DNA from: Candidatus Hadarchaeum sp.
GTDB lineage: Archaea > Hadarchaeota > Hadarchaeia > Hadarchaeales > Hadarchaeaceae
Direction: 5' to 3'
Assembly (NCBI GenBank): GCA_020725055.1
Contig: DYFS01000001.1
Coordinates: 275-64,274 of the forward strand
Length of the DNA stretch: 64,000 nt
Positions within the stretch are counted from its first letter, which is position 1. Every line of letters begins with the position of its first letter. Below, in pieces: positions 19,001 to 28,237 of this stretch. The translations under genes were made by a program, and so were the position numbers. Under the pieces are notes generated by a model, which saw only the letters and a list, made by a program, of their open reading frames with translations, searched no databases and was not told the origin of the DNA.

Positions 19001-20260
19001 TCAAGTGCCCATCCGCCAAGATTTCATGTATCTGATTTGCTCCCAAGTTGGCCTTTCGAGTTCCACACCGATTGACTTGAGCTTGAGCTCGGCCACCCTT
19101 CGATCAATCTCTGGCGGCACGTCGTAGACCCAGTTTTCCAGTTCCCCCCTATGCCTCGCAAGGTACTCGACGCTGAGTGCCTGCAACGCGAAGCTCATGT
19201 CCATTATTTCCATCGGGTGTCCGAGTGAACGCCTGCCCGCGAGGTTAACCAAGCGCCCCTCCGCGAGCAGGTGAATCCGCCTACCATCCCTGAGCTGGAA
19301 CTCCTCGACATCCTCAAGCACCTCCCTGCGCTTGGTCGCGAGCCTCGCCAGCCCCTCGATATCGATTTCCACGTTGAAGTGGCCCGCGTTGCACAAGATC
19401 GCGCCATCCTTCATCCGCCGAATGTGCTCCCCGCGGATGGCGTTGATGTTGCCGGTAGCAGTTATAAAAATATCGCCGACGCGGGCGGCATCGTTCATCC
19501 TCGCGACCCTGAATCCATCCATCACCGCTTCCAGCGCCTTAATCGGGTCAGTTTCGACGACGGTCACGATTGCCCCAAGCCCCCTCACCCGCGAGGCGAT
19601 CCCGCGGCCGACGAATCCATAGCCGACAACAACCACATCCTTGCCAGCTACCAGGGTGTTCGTGATGCCCATTATCGCCTGCAGCGTCGACTCGGCCGTG
19701 CCGAAGCGGTTGTCGAACAGGCGTTTTGCTGGAGAGTCGTTTACCGCAATCACCGGGAATTTGAGGGCCCCCTCACTCGCCATCCGCCTCAGCCGGTTGA
19801 CCCCGGTGGTCGTCTCCTCGGACGCTCCCCGAATGCTCTTGAGAAGCTCCGTGCGTTTGGTATGGGTGAGAAATATGAGGTCTGCGCCATCATCTATCAA
19901 GATATCCGGTTTGTGGTCGAGTACGCGGTTGAGGTTGGAGTAGTACTCACGCGTCGTCTCCCCTCGCCACGCGTAGACGTTTATGCCATCCTTCGCGAGG
20001 GCAGCCGCTACGTCGTCCTTCGTGGACAGCGGATTGCAGCTTGTTATCGCCACCTCGGCACCACTAGCCGTAAGCGTTCGCGCGAGTGCTGCTGTCTTCG
20101 CCTCGACGTGCAGCGCCGCCCCCACTGTCAGCCCTTTGAACGGCTCCGTGCGTGCGAACTCCTTGCGAACTGCCGCGAGCACCGGCATGTGCCGCTCGAC
20201 CCACTCGATGGCGCGCTTGCCTTGGGGCGCGAGCTTGATGTCTTTGACCTTGTAAGTCAT
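19001..20260 (-). CDS. ahcY: adenosylhomocysteinase family protein (SAHH, or S-inosylhomocysteine hydrolase in archaeal pathway)
   Basis: 419 aa. NAD Rossmann VVVGYGFVGRGIASRVRGLGA. SAHH core motifs (HVEAKTAALARTL, SCNPLSTKDDVAAAL). 4-nt overlap with upstream deaminase gene. Confidence 0.85.
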   Translation of the reverse strand: MTYKVKDIKLAPQGKRAIEWVERHMPVLAAVRKEFARTEPFKGLTVGAALHVEAKTAALARTLTASGAEVAITSCNPLSTKDDVAAALAKDGINVYAWRGETTREYYSNLNRVLDHKPDILIDDGADLIFLTHTKRTELLKSIRGASEETTTGVNRLRRMASEGALKFPVIAVNDSPAKRLFDNRFGTAESTLQAIMGITNTLVAGKDVVVVGYGFVGRGIASRVRGLGAIVTVVETDPIKALEAVMDGFRVARMNDAARVGDIFITATGNINAIRGEHIRRMKDGAILCNAGHFNVEIDIEGLARLATKRREVLEDVEEFQLRDGRRIHLLAEGRLVNLAGRRSLGHPMEIMDMSFALQALSVEYLARHRGELENWVYDVPPEIDRRVAELKLKSIGVELERPTWEQIRYMKSWRMGT

Positions 20261-21567
20261 TTAGCGGCCCTCCACTCTGTTATTAAATCATCTGACGTTC
20301 TCTGCGCGCGCTCTAAAACTTTGTCTTCATCAAGCGTTAGCACCCTGCGCCCCCGCATCAAAATTTTTCCATCTGCGATTGTTGTATTGACATCGCTGCC
20401 CACCGCGCTGTAGACAAGATGAGAGGTCACATTATGCAACGGCGCGAGATGGGGCTTTTTGAGACCAACGAGGATGATATCTGCCTTTTTATTCGCTTCA
20501 AGCGATCCGATTTTATCTTGGAGACCAAGAGCAATTGCGCCGTTTATTGTCGCCATCTCGAGAACCGATTGCGCTGGCATGACGGTGGGATCAAATTTAT
20601 GGACCTTGTTGAGCAGTGCGGCAAATTTCATCTCTTTGAACATGTCGAGAGAGTTATTTGAAGCTGCTCCATCGGTGCCAAGCGCTACTGGGATACCGAC
20701 CTTTAGCATCTCGGGCACGGGCGATACCCCGCACGCAATTTTCATGTTACTTACTGGATTGTGGACTGGCTTGACCCCTCTTGTGCGTATGGTTGTAATC
20801 TCTTCTCGAGTCAGGTGGACACAGTGTGCTGCCAATACTTCGGGCCCCAGGAATCTGATTGAATCCAAGTGTTCAACTGGGCGCTTGCCATACCTTTTAG
20901 TTATCTCCTCAACTTCCCACTTGGTCTCGGCAATGTGGGTGTGAATCCCGACCTTGTACTTTTTTGCTAACTCCTTCACTTGCGACAAGCACTCGGGTGA
21001 GCATGTGTACGGGGCATGTGGGCCAAACATGGTCAAAATTCGACCGTCTGCTATGCCGTGGCAAGTTTTGACCAGTTTTTCCCCTGCTTTGAGTTCAGAC
21101 TCTCGCTTTTTGATGTCGCCCTTTTCGATAATGCCATAAGATAACACTCCCCTAATGCCAGATCGTTCGACGGCTTCGGCAACGTTTTCCATAAAGAAAT
21201 ATTGGTCGGCGAAACACGTAGCCCCTGATTTTATCATCTCCAAACAGCCCAGCAAAGCGCCTGCGTATACGCGTTCACCTGTTAGGTTTTTCTCCAACGG
21301 CCAAATCTTGGTTTCGAGCCACGGCTTTAATTCCATATCATCTGCAACACCACGTAACAAGGTCATTGATAGGTGAGTATGTGCGTTGACGAGACCCGGT
21401 AAAACCACCTTGCCTCGGGCATCGATTACAACATCGGCTTTTTCTTTGACGTCCTTGCCGACCGCGATGATTTTGTCTCCCTCGATTGCCACCGAGCCGC
21501 GCTCAAAAATGCGGCGTTTGGGATCCATTGTAATTACATATCCGTCTTTGATGACGACATCCACCAA
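20257..21567 (-). CDS. mtaD: amidohydrolase, 5-methylthioadenosine/S-adenosylhomocysteine (or 5'-deoxyadenosine) deaminase MtaD/DadD family
   Basis: 436 aa. LPGLVNAHTHLSMTLLRG metal-binding HxH motif plus downstream His/Asp ligands typical of the MtaD/TRZ-ATZ family. Confidence 0.75.
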   Translation of the reverse strand: MVDVVIKDGYVITMDPKRRIFERGSVAIEGDKIIAVGKDVKEKADVVIDARGKVVLPGLVNAHTHLSMTLLRGVADDMELKPWLETKIWPLEKNLTGERVYAGALLGCLEMIKSGATCFADQYFFMENVAEAVERSGIRGVLSYGIIEKGDIKKRESELKAGEKLVKTCHGIADGRILTMFGPHAPYTCSPECLSQVKELAKKYKVGIHTHIAETKWEVEEITKRYGKRPVEHLDSIRFLGPEVLAAHCVHLTREEITTIRTRGVKPVHNPVSNMKIACGVSPVPEMLKVGIPVALGTDGAASNNSLDMFKEMKFAALLNKVHKFDPTVMPAQSVLEMATINGAIALGLQDKIGSLEANKKADIILVGLKKPHLAPLHNVTSHLVYSAVGSDVNTTIADGKILMRGRRVLTLDEDKVLERAQRTSDDLITEWRAAK

Positions 21568-21576
21568 CTTTCCACC

Positions 21577-22089
21577 TTAGCTTTTGAGCGCCTTCACTAT
21601 AGCGCGACCGAACTCCCTCGCGGCTGCCGGACCATCCGCGGTTATAATCTTGCCATCTACTACCACTGGCTTAGCTACGTATTTGGCACCTTTGCTCTCG
21701 ATCCTTCCAATGAGATTGCCGTTCCAGACCGTTGCTTGCTTTCCTTTTAGCACGCCAGCATTTGCCAAAGTGATCGGGGCAATGCATATCGCGCACGTGA
21801 CCTTGCCCTTCTTGAAAGCCTCGCTCGCTATCGAGAGCGCTCGGTTGTCGTTGAAATAAATTGACGAACCGGAGCCACCGACGAAGACCACCGAATCGTA
21901 ATCATCAACCTTCACTTGATCGAGCTTGATGTCTGGTGTGACGGTTGCGCCAAGCATCCCGCGCGCTGGTGTTGTTTTTATGCTAGCTATTGTTATGCTC
22001 GCCCCAGCTCGCTCCAACTCCTCCCTCGTGTGAAGGAGCTCCTCGTCCCTGAAGTCCTGTGGGGCGATTATCATCAACACTTTTTTCAA
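21577..22089 (-). CDS. DJ-1/PfpI family protein (intracellular protease/amidase)
   Basis: 170 aa. Nucleophile-elbow context AICIAPITLANAGVL, DSVVFVGGSG. Confidence 0.7.
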   Translation of the reverse strand: MKKVLMIIAPQDFRDEELLHTREELERAGASITIASIKTTPARGMLGATVTPDIKLDQVKVDDYDSVVFVGGSGSSIYFNDNRALSIASEAFKKGKVTCAICIAPITLANAGVLKGKQATVWNGNLIGRIESKGAKYVAKPVVVDGKIITADGPAAAREFGRAIVKALKS

Positions 22090-22147
22090 ATTTTCCCCCT
22101 AATTACTAAAAGAAAGCGCTCTTAATAAAGCTGAGAACTAGGTTGAC

Positions 22148-22155
22148 TTTTAAAT
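22148..22155 (+). promoter_or_regulatory. TATA-box-like TTTTAAAT upstream of metG
   Basis: 31-38 nt upstream of ATG 22186, in an AT-rich intergenic region. Confidence 0.35.
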
Positions 22156-22185
22156 CTCAACTACCTTAAAGAAGAAGGGTAAAAC

Positions 22186-23997
22186 ATGGCAAAGTTCTAC
22201 ATCACCACCCCAATTTACTACATCAACGCGGTGCCCCACATCGGGCACGCGTACACAACCGTGGTAGCCGATGTACTAGCGCGGTGGCACCGCCTGCGCG
22301 GGGACGAGGTTTTCTTCCTCACCGGGCTGGACGAGAACTCGGTGAAGACGGTCGAAGCAGCCGGGGAGCAGGATTTCGAGGACATCCAGGCCTACGCTGA
22401 CTCGATGGCGGAGATGTGGGTTGGGGCTTGGAGGCTCTTCAACATAAGCTACGACGACTTCATCCGAACTACCCAAGAGCGTCACAGCCGGAACGTGAGG
22501 GAGTTCTTCAAGCGAATACAAGGGCGCGAGGACATCTACAAGGGAACTTACGAGGGGCTTTACTGCGAGGGCTGCGAGGCCTACGTTACAGAGGATGAGC
22601 TGGTCGATGGAAAATGCCCCCTCCACCAAAGGGAACCCAAGCTAATCAAGGAGGAAAACTATTTCTTCAAGCTCTCCAAGTACCGGGACCGGATCTTGAA
22701 GCACATCGAGGCAAACCCGGGGTTCATCCAGCCCGAAGCGCGGAGGAACGAGGTACTCAGTTTCCTCAGAAGGGGTCTTAAAGACGTTAGCATCTCCCGC
22801 CCGGGGCTCGAATGGGGGATAAAGGTCCCCGGTGATTCCACGCAAACCGTGTGGGTTTGGTTTGACGCCCTCATAAACTACATGCTTCCACGCGACTACT
22901 GGCCGGCGGATGCACACCTCATCGCGAAGGATATCCTGCGCTTCCACTGCGTGGTGTGGCCCGGGATGCTGCTTTCGGCGGGCTACGAGCTACCCAGACA
23001 GATTTTCGCACACGGATTTCTCACAGTCAATGGGCAGAAAATCAGCAAATCGCTCGGCAACGTTATCGACCCGGCTTACCTAATCGAGAAGTACTCCGCC
23101 GATGTGGTACGCTACTTCCTAATCCGCGAGGTTTCTTTCGGCCAAGACGGCGATTTCTCAGAGGAGAAACTGCGCACCAGACTGAACGACGAGCTCGCAG
23201 ATGTGCTCGGGAATTTTGTGCACCGGGTGCTTACATTCATCCAAACTAGGTTTGGTGGCAAGGTGCCGGGCGGAAAAATAGATGAGGAGCTTGAGGCCGA
23301 GCTGTGCGGGCGGGTCGAGGAAATCGAGAAGCTACTGGACGACTTGGAGGTCACGCAGGCGCTCGAGAGGATAATTGCCATCGCGGGGCGTGGGAACGAG
23401 TACTTCCAATCGCATAGACCTTGGGAAGCCGTGAAGTCGGGCCCCCCAAAGGCAGCGGACTGCCTCCTCAACTGCATCAACATCGTGAAGACGTTGTGCG
23501 TGACGCTTCAGCCGTTCATGCCCTCCACGTGTGAAAAGTTGGCCGAACAGCTCAACCTGAGGATAACGAGCTGGGGGCAGGCAAAAAAATTTGACATCAA
23601 AGCCGGGCACCCCGTACAGAAACCAGTGATTCTTTTCAAAAAACTTCAGACTCAAAACCCCTCGCGGCAGGAGGGGCTCGTCTCGATCGAGGATTTTAAC
23701 AAGCTGGACATCCGCATCGGGAACGTGGTGAATGCCGAAAGCATCCCGGGCTCTAAAAAACTGCTGAAGCTAGAGGTAGAACTCGCCGGAGAGCGCCGCG
23801 TAGCCGTGGCTGGAGTCGCGGAGCATTATCCACCAAAGGAGCTCATCGGGAAGCAGGTTGTGGTGGTAGTAAACCTCGAGCCGGTGAGGCTGGCCGGTAT
23901 AAAATCCGAGTGCATGCTCCTCGCCGCGGTCGATGGAATGAAAATTTCATTGCTGAGTGTCGACAAACCCGTGAAGCTAGGGACAAAGGTGGAGTAA
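22186..23997 (+). CDS. metG: methionyl-tRNA synthetase with C-terminal tRNA-binding (EMAP/Trbp111-like) domain
   Basis: 603 aa. HIGH motif NAVPHIGHAYT. Zn knuckle CEGCEAY..CPLH. KISKSLGN. C-terminal OB domain (DIRIGNVVNAE..LKLEVELAGERRVAVAGV). Confidence 0.9.
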   Translation: MAKFYITTPIYYINAVPHIGHAYTTVVADVLARWHRLRGDEVFFLTGLDENSVKTVEAAGEQDFEDIQAYADSMAEMWVGAWRLFNISYDDFIRTTQERHSRNVREFFKRIQGREDIYKGTYEGLYCEGCEAYVTEDELVDGKCPLHQREPKLIKEENYFFKLSKYRDRILKHIEANPGFIQPEARRNEVLSFLRRGLKDVSISRPGLEWGIKVPGDSTQTVWVWFDALINYMLPRDYWPADAHLIAKDILRFHCVVWPGMLLSAGYELPRQIFAHGFLTVNGQKISKSLGNVIDPAYLIEKYSADVVRYFLIREVSFGQDGDFSEEKLRTRLNDELADVLGNFVHRVLTFIQTRFGGKVPGGKIDEELEAELCGRVEEIEKLLDDLEVTQALERIIAIAGRGNEYFQSHRPWEAVKSGPPKAADCLLNCINIVKTLCVTLQPFMPSTCEKLAEQLNLRITSWGQAKKFDIKAGHPVQKPVILFKKLQTQNPSRQEGLVSIEDFNKLDIRIGNVVNAESIPGSKKLLKLEVELAGERRVAVAGVAEHYPPKELIGKQVVVVVNLEPVRLAGIKSECMLLAAVDGMKISLLSVDKPVKLGTKVE

Positions 23998-24632
23998 TGC
24001 TCTTTTTTGACCTCCACGTGCACACCTCCGGCTCCCACGACGGATTCTGCACCGTCGCCCAAGCAATCCGGGCTGCAAAAGCTAGGGGCATGCGCGGCAT
24101 TGCCATCGCCGACCACAACTCCGTTTCCGCCCTCGCCGAAATCCCAAAATTTGGGGGGGAGGATTTCTTGATTATCCCCGGTATTGAGGTCTCGAGCAGG
24201 GACGGGCACATCTTGGGCTTGGGGATAAGCGAGATGATCCCTAGGGGGCGATCGGCCGCGGAAACCACCGACGCGATAAAGGAGCGCGGCGGCGTCGCGG
24301 TGGCACCTCACCCATTCAGCCCAGCTAGGAAAACTGGAGTGGTGTTAAAAGCCACGTTCGACGCGGTTGAGGCTTTCAACTCGCACGCGTACTTTTTGAG
24401 CAACAAACTCGCCAAAAAATTTGCGGAGCAAAATCGCATACCGATGACAGCTGGCTCTGACGCCCATTTCCCGGATGAGGTTGGCCTAGCTTATGTTGGG
24501 GTCACCTGTGAGCCAACGCTCGACGAGGTGCTGAAAGCGGTAACTCGTGGGGAAACTGTTATTTTTGGGCGCATGTTGCCGCTCCCCCGCTACATCTGGA
24601 GGAGCATCTACAAGTTCGTTCGTAAGCACTAA
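23997..24632 (+). CDS. PHP-domain metal-dependent phosphoesterase
   Basis: 211 aa from ATG overlapping the metG stop (TAATG). LHVHTSGSHDG, IADHNS, APHPF. The track ORF start at 23910 is an upstream extension inside metG. Confidence 0.65.
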   Translation: MLFFDLHVHTSGSHDGFCTVAQAIRAAKARGMRGIAIADHNSVSALAEIPKFGGEDFLIIPGIEVSSRDGHILGLGISEMIPRGRSAAETTDAIKERGGVAVAPHPFSPARKTGVVLKATFDAVEAFNSHAYFLSNKLAKKFAEQNRIPMTAGSDAHFPDEVGLAYVGVTCEPTLDEVLKAVTRGETVIFGRMLPLPRYIWRSIYKFVRKH

Positions 24633-25720
24633 ACATAGTTCAATCCCAGGTCGGGGAGAGCCCTCACCACTCTGTTAGAAGGCTCCCCTCGCCTGCGTAT
24701 CCCCCCATCAGAGGCTGAGCCGAGTAGGTGGGAGGAGCGTACGCCGTTAACGAGGAGGATTACGCGGATTGCATCACCCAAACCTGGGTCTACCCTTGCC
24801 CCCCAGATCACTTGGGCGTCCGCGTGAACCCGCGTGCTGATGAAATCGCCTATCTGGTGCGCCTCGGAGATCGTCATGTTCGAGCCGCCAGAGATGTGCA
24901 CGAGCACCCCCTTCGCGTCCGAGTAATCGACGTCACCGAGCAGCGGGCAGGAAACCGCCTGCTGGATGGCCTTCGCGGCGCGGTCTTTCGCGTTTGACTC
25001 ACCAATTCCTACCATCGCCAAGTTGCCGCCACCAAACACCGCCTTGATGTCCGCGAAATCGAGATTGATCATGCTCGGCAACATTATCGTTTCAGTTATC
25101 CCCTTCACCATCCGCGCGAGGACTTCGTCGGCCACGTTGAATGCATCTTCAATCGGCAGATCCGGAACTAGTGCCACCATCCGGTTGTTGTCGACCACGA
25201 CCGTTGAGTCGGTGTTCTCGCGCAACTCCTCAAGCCCTTCCTTCGCCTTTTGGATTCGCGCCTTTTCCATCTTGAACGGCGTGGTCACCACACCAATGGT
25301 GAGAGCGCCCTGCTCCCCCGCGAACCTCGCTACAACCGGGGCGCCCCCAGTACCGGTGCCGCCGCCCAAACCACATGTCACGAAAACTAAGCTCGTCCCG
25401 TTGAATAACTTCTTGAAAGCGGGTTTTGCCTCCGCAGCGGCCTGTCTACCGATTTCAACGTTGCCTCCGGTCCCAAGGCCCCTCGTCAGGTCGTAGCCGA
25501 TGAGGATCTTGTTCGCAACGTTGGTACACTCGAGGTGCGTTTTGTCCGTGTTCACAGCAACCAGCTCCGCGCCTGAAATCCCAATCGAGGCGAGGCGGTT
25601 CACCGTGTTACAGCCCGCGCCACCAACCCCAACGACGAGGATTCGGGCAGGAGCGGTCGAGAACTCCTGCCTCCTTGTCACCTCCGAGTGCTCAAGAGCA
25701 GATTTGATGATCCTCTCCAA
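24629..25720 (-). CDS. ftsZ: cell division GTPase FtsZ
   Basis: 363 aa. Tubulin signature GLGGGTGTGGAPVVA. GVGGAGCNTVNRL. T7 loop region NLDFADI. Confidence 0.9.
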   Translation of the reverse strand: MERIIKSALEHSEVTRRQEFSTAPARILVVGVGGAGCNTVNRLASIGISGAELVAVNTDKTHLECTNVANKILIGYDLTRGLGTGGNVEIGRQAAAEAKPAFKKLFNGTSLVFVTCGLGGGTGTGGAPVVARFAGEQGALTIGVVTTPFKMEKARIQKAKEGLEELRENTDSTVVVDNNRMVALVPDLPIEDAFNVADEVLARMVKGITETIMLPSMINLDFADIKAVFGGGNLAMVGIGESNAKDRAAKAIQQAVSCPLLGDVDYSDAKGVLVHISGGSNMTISEAHQIGDFISTRVHADAQVIWGARVDPGLGDAIRVILLVNGVRSSHLLGSASDGGIRRRGEPSNRVVRALPDLGLNYV

Positions 25721-25942
25721 CTAACCCACTTCCATTTTTTTGGGCACGTAGCCCTTGCCCGCAGCTTCTTTGCGCTGTTTTTCCCACTCCTTCATCTTCT
25801 CGATGTTCGCGTTGAACCACTCCTGCAAAATAGTGCGGACGACCTCGCTCCGCGTGTTGCCCTTGACGCCAAGCAAGTCGTCTATTATCTTTAGCGGTAC
25901 ACCGTCGACGAAAACTCGGATTTCAGCTTTTTTCTGAGCCAT
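25721..25942 (-). CDS. ribbon-helix-helix (CopG-like) small DNA-binding protein
   Basis: 73 aa. N-terminal beta-strand + two helices (EIRVFVDGVPLKIIDDLLGVKGNTRSEVVRTILQEW). Directly upstream of ftsZ on the same strand. Confidence 0.45.
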   Translation of the reverse strand: MAQKKAEIRVFVDGVPLKIIDDLLGVKGNTRSEVVRTILQEWFNANIEKMKEWEKQRKEAAGKGYVPKKMEVG

Positions 25943-26131
25943 CGGTCAGCCTCCTTCAAACTTACTGCAAAATGTCATTTTACTGTAGGGTATTTAAAGC
26001 TTCTCTTTTGGGGGGGCGGTGTTCAAATAAGCGTTGGCCCCGGCCCGCACATCTCGCGGTTTTCGTAGTTAGTAATGACACTACTAACTATAAAAATCAT
26101 CCCGGGTGGCGGGCAGCGGCAAAATTGAACA

Positions 26132-26917
26132 TCATCCTTTCAGGGAGAGCGGATTTTGAAACTCAAACTCGAAGGCGATGCTTTCCTTTGTTTCTCCGCT
26201 CCGAATCTCGTGTAGCGCCTCGCTCGCTAGGTGCGCTGCCTCCTCCGCAGTCCTGCCACCGCCAACACCAGCTTTGAGCCTGACGCCGAGTGCTTGTTCA
26301 ACATCCTCAATCGCTGTGCGAAGCCCCTCCTCGCTGAGACCGTTTGATGGAGCCATGAAATTGTCCCCGCCAGTGTAGAAGACCAAAGCGTTTCGCTTCA
26401 GCAGAGCCGACATCAGCGCTAAGTGGATTCGTTGGAGTAGGAGGTGGGTATCGTAGACTGGTTCGCTATCCGTGATCAAAGCCGAGTGGTTCACATCCAT
26501 GTGTGCGACCTGAACCCAGTCTTCGTCCGACCCGCCCACGCAGGCTCCCATCAGCACGCCCCTCCGTTCGGCCGACCTGCTTCCCCCCGCTCGCTGAAGG
26601 GCCAAGGTTGCCCGGATTTGCGCTTCGTAAGGGGTTTGAGCCGCGCCGACGCCCATGCTCACGGTGACCGGGAACCTCTCGTTGATCGCCTGCTGGATGA
26701 TGCGGTGTTCATCGAGCGAGATGCCGTTGGTAACCGCCAGCATGTTGTCGAACCTAGTTGGGAAGATGAGCCCTTTGCGTGAACCGAATTGTCGTTCGAG
26801 CTCGGTGAAAAGCTCCGCCTGTAAAATCTGGAGCTCCGCCTCCCGGCGCGGCTCCGGCGTGATCGTCCATGGGCCGTAGTTGTCTATCTGAATCAACGTC
26901 AGCTGTATTTTCTTCAT
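26132..26917 (-). CDS. arfA: GTP cyclohydrolase III (ArfA, FAPy-forming)
   Basis: 261 aa. N-terminal LTLIQIDNYGPWT is the hallmark of archaeal GTP cyclohydrolase III. Confidence 0.7.
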   Translation of the reverse strand: MKKIQLTLIQIDNYGPWTITPEPRREAELQILQAELFTELERQFGSRKGLIFPTRFDNMLAVTNGISLDEHRIIQQAINERFPVTVSMGVGAAQTPYEAQIRATLALQRAGGSRSAERRGVLMGACVGGSDEDWVQVAHMDVNHSALITDSEPVYDTHLLLQRIHLALMSALLKRNALVFYTGGDNFMAPSNGLSEEGLRTAIEDVEQALGVRLKAGVGGGRTAEEAAHLASEALHEIRSGETKESIAFEFEFQNPLSLKG

Positions 26918-26962
26918 GGTACCTCATTTTATTGCCTAATCGCATAAATAAAAGTTGATAGC

Positions 26963-28237
26963 ATGCGCGTGTATTGTGAAACCTACGGGTGCACGGCAAA
27001 CCGGGGCGACACGGAGCTGATGCTGGGGCAGCTCGCAACCGCTGGGCACGAGGTGGTCTCGAACCTGGCTGAAGCGGATACCGTTATCATCAACACCTGC
27101 GCCGTTAAGGGGACGACCTACCGAAAGATGCTGCGCCGCTTGAAGGAGCTCCGGAACTCAGACGGGAAGCATGTGGTCGTGGCCGGGTGCCTGCCGCTCA
27201 TCGACCCGGCGTCGGTTGAACGGGTTGGAACCTTCGCTGGAGTCATCTCGTGCAAATCGGTGGGTGCGGTAGCAGAGGTTTTCGAGCGGGTGGTGCGTGG
27301 GGAGCAAAACGTTCGAAGGCTCGAACCAGCGCCTTGCGAGAAGCCGGCTATGCCAAAGCTCCGCTCGGGTAAGGTGAGCGCAGCGGTGGCGATTTGCGAG
27401 GGCTGTACCTCGAACTGCAGCTACTGCTCGGTTAGGCTTGCGCGGGGGAGTCTCCACAGCTTCAGCTTCCAATCAATTCTTGATGAGGTAAAGGCCGCGA
27501 TCGATGCCGGCTATCGCGAGATTCTGCTCACGGCCCAAGATACCGCCGCGTATGGTCTGGACGCTGGGACTAACCTGCCGGAATTGCTCAACTCGATTAG
27601 CTCGCTTGGGGGGAAGTTTAAAGTCCGCGTTGGGATGATGAACCCAAAAAACGTGAAATTGCTCATGCCCGAGCTCCTGGGTGCTTGCGAGAGCGAGAAG
27701 GTCTACAAATTCCTGCATCTCCCCGTTCAGAGCGGTGATGATGGGGTTCTCGGGACGATGCGACGGGGATACACTGCGGACGAATTTTTGAACATCGTTA
27801 AAGCCTTCAGAAAACGCTTCGCCGACCTCTACTTAGCCACCGATGTGATCGTCGGCTTTCCCGGCGAGGGTGAGCGGGAGTTTGCACACACGTGTGAAGT
27901 GATTGAAAAAGTAAAACCAGACAAAGTGAACCTCACGCGCTTCTCGCCAATGCCAGGCACGGATGCCGCGCGGATGCCCCGAGTGGATGGGCGCGAGGTG
28001 GCTAGGCGTTCAAGGTTGCTAAGCGCTCGCTGCCGCGCGATAGGGCATGAACAAAATAAACGTTATGTTGGGCTGGTCACATGGGGATTGGTAACTGAGC
28101 CTGGGGAGAAGGGTGGCTGCGTGGTGAGGCTCCAAAACTGCAAGCCAGTCATAGTAGACAACGTTGAGCTCGGTGAATTCGTCAACCTAAGGATAATCGA
28201 AGCTCGCCCGACCTACCTCCTTGGGGTGAGAGAATGA
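26963..28237 (+). CDS. radical SAM methylthiotransferase, MiaB-like (archaeal e-MtaB type) with TRAM domain
   Basis: 424 aa. N-terminal MTTase cysteine triad (YGCTAN..NTCAV..GCL). Radical SAM CEGCTSNCSYC. C-terminal TRAM-like beta domain. Confidence 0.8.
   Translation: MRVYCETYGCTANRGDTELMLGQLATAGHEVVSNLAEADTVIINTCAVKGTTYRKMLRRLKELRNSDGKHVVVAGCLPLIDPASVERVGTFAGVISCKSVGAVAEVFERVVRGEQNVRRLEPAPCEKPAMPKLRSGKVSAAVAICEGCTSNCSYCSVRLARGSLHSFSFQSILDEVKAAIDAGYREILLTAQDTAAYGLDAGTNLPELLNSISSLGGKFKVRVGMMNPKNVKLLMPELLGACESEKVYKFLHLPVQSGDDGVLGTMRRGYTADEFLNIVKAFRKRFADLYLATDVIVGFPGEGEREFAHTCEVIEKVKPDKVNLTRFSPMPGTDAARMPRVDGREVARRSRLLSARCRAIGHEQNKRYVGLVTWGLVTEPGEKGGCVVRLQNCKPVIVDNVELGEFVNLRIIEARPTYLLGVRE

Noticed and set aside
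19271-20413. Long antisense ORFs inside GC-rich genes (e.g. 19271-20413, 45046-45891, 45071-45871, 7432-7752, 15374-15664, 56191-56731)
   Set aside because: Lie entirely antisense to well-supported conserved genes (ahcY, top6B, LarE-like, valS, ilvD). Amino-acid composition is Arg/Ala/Pro-rich, typical of spurious ORFs in high-GC DNA.
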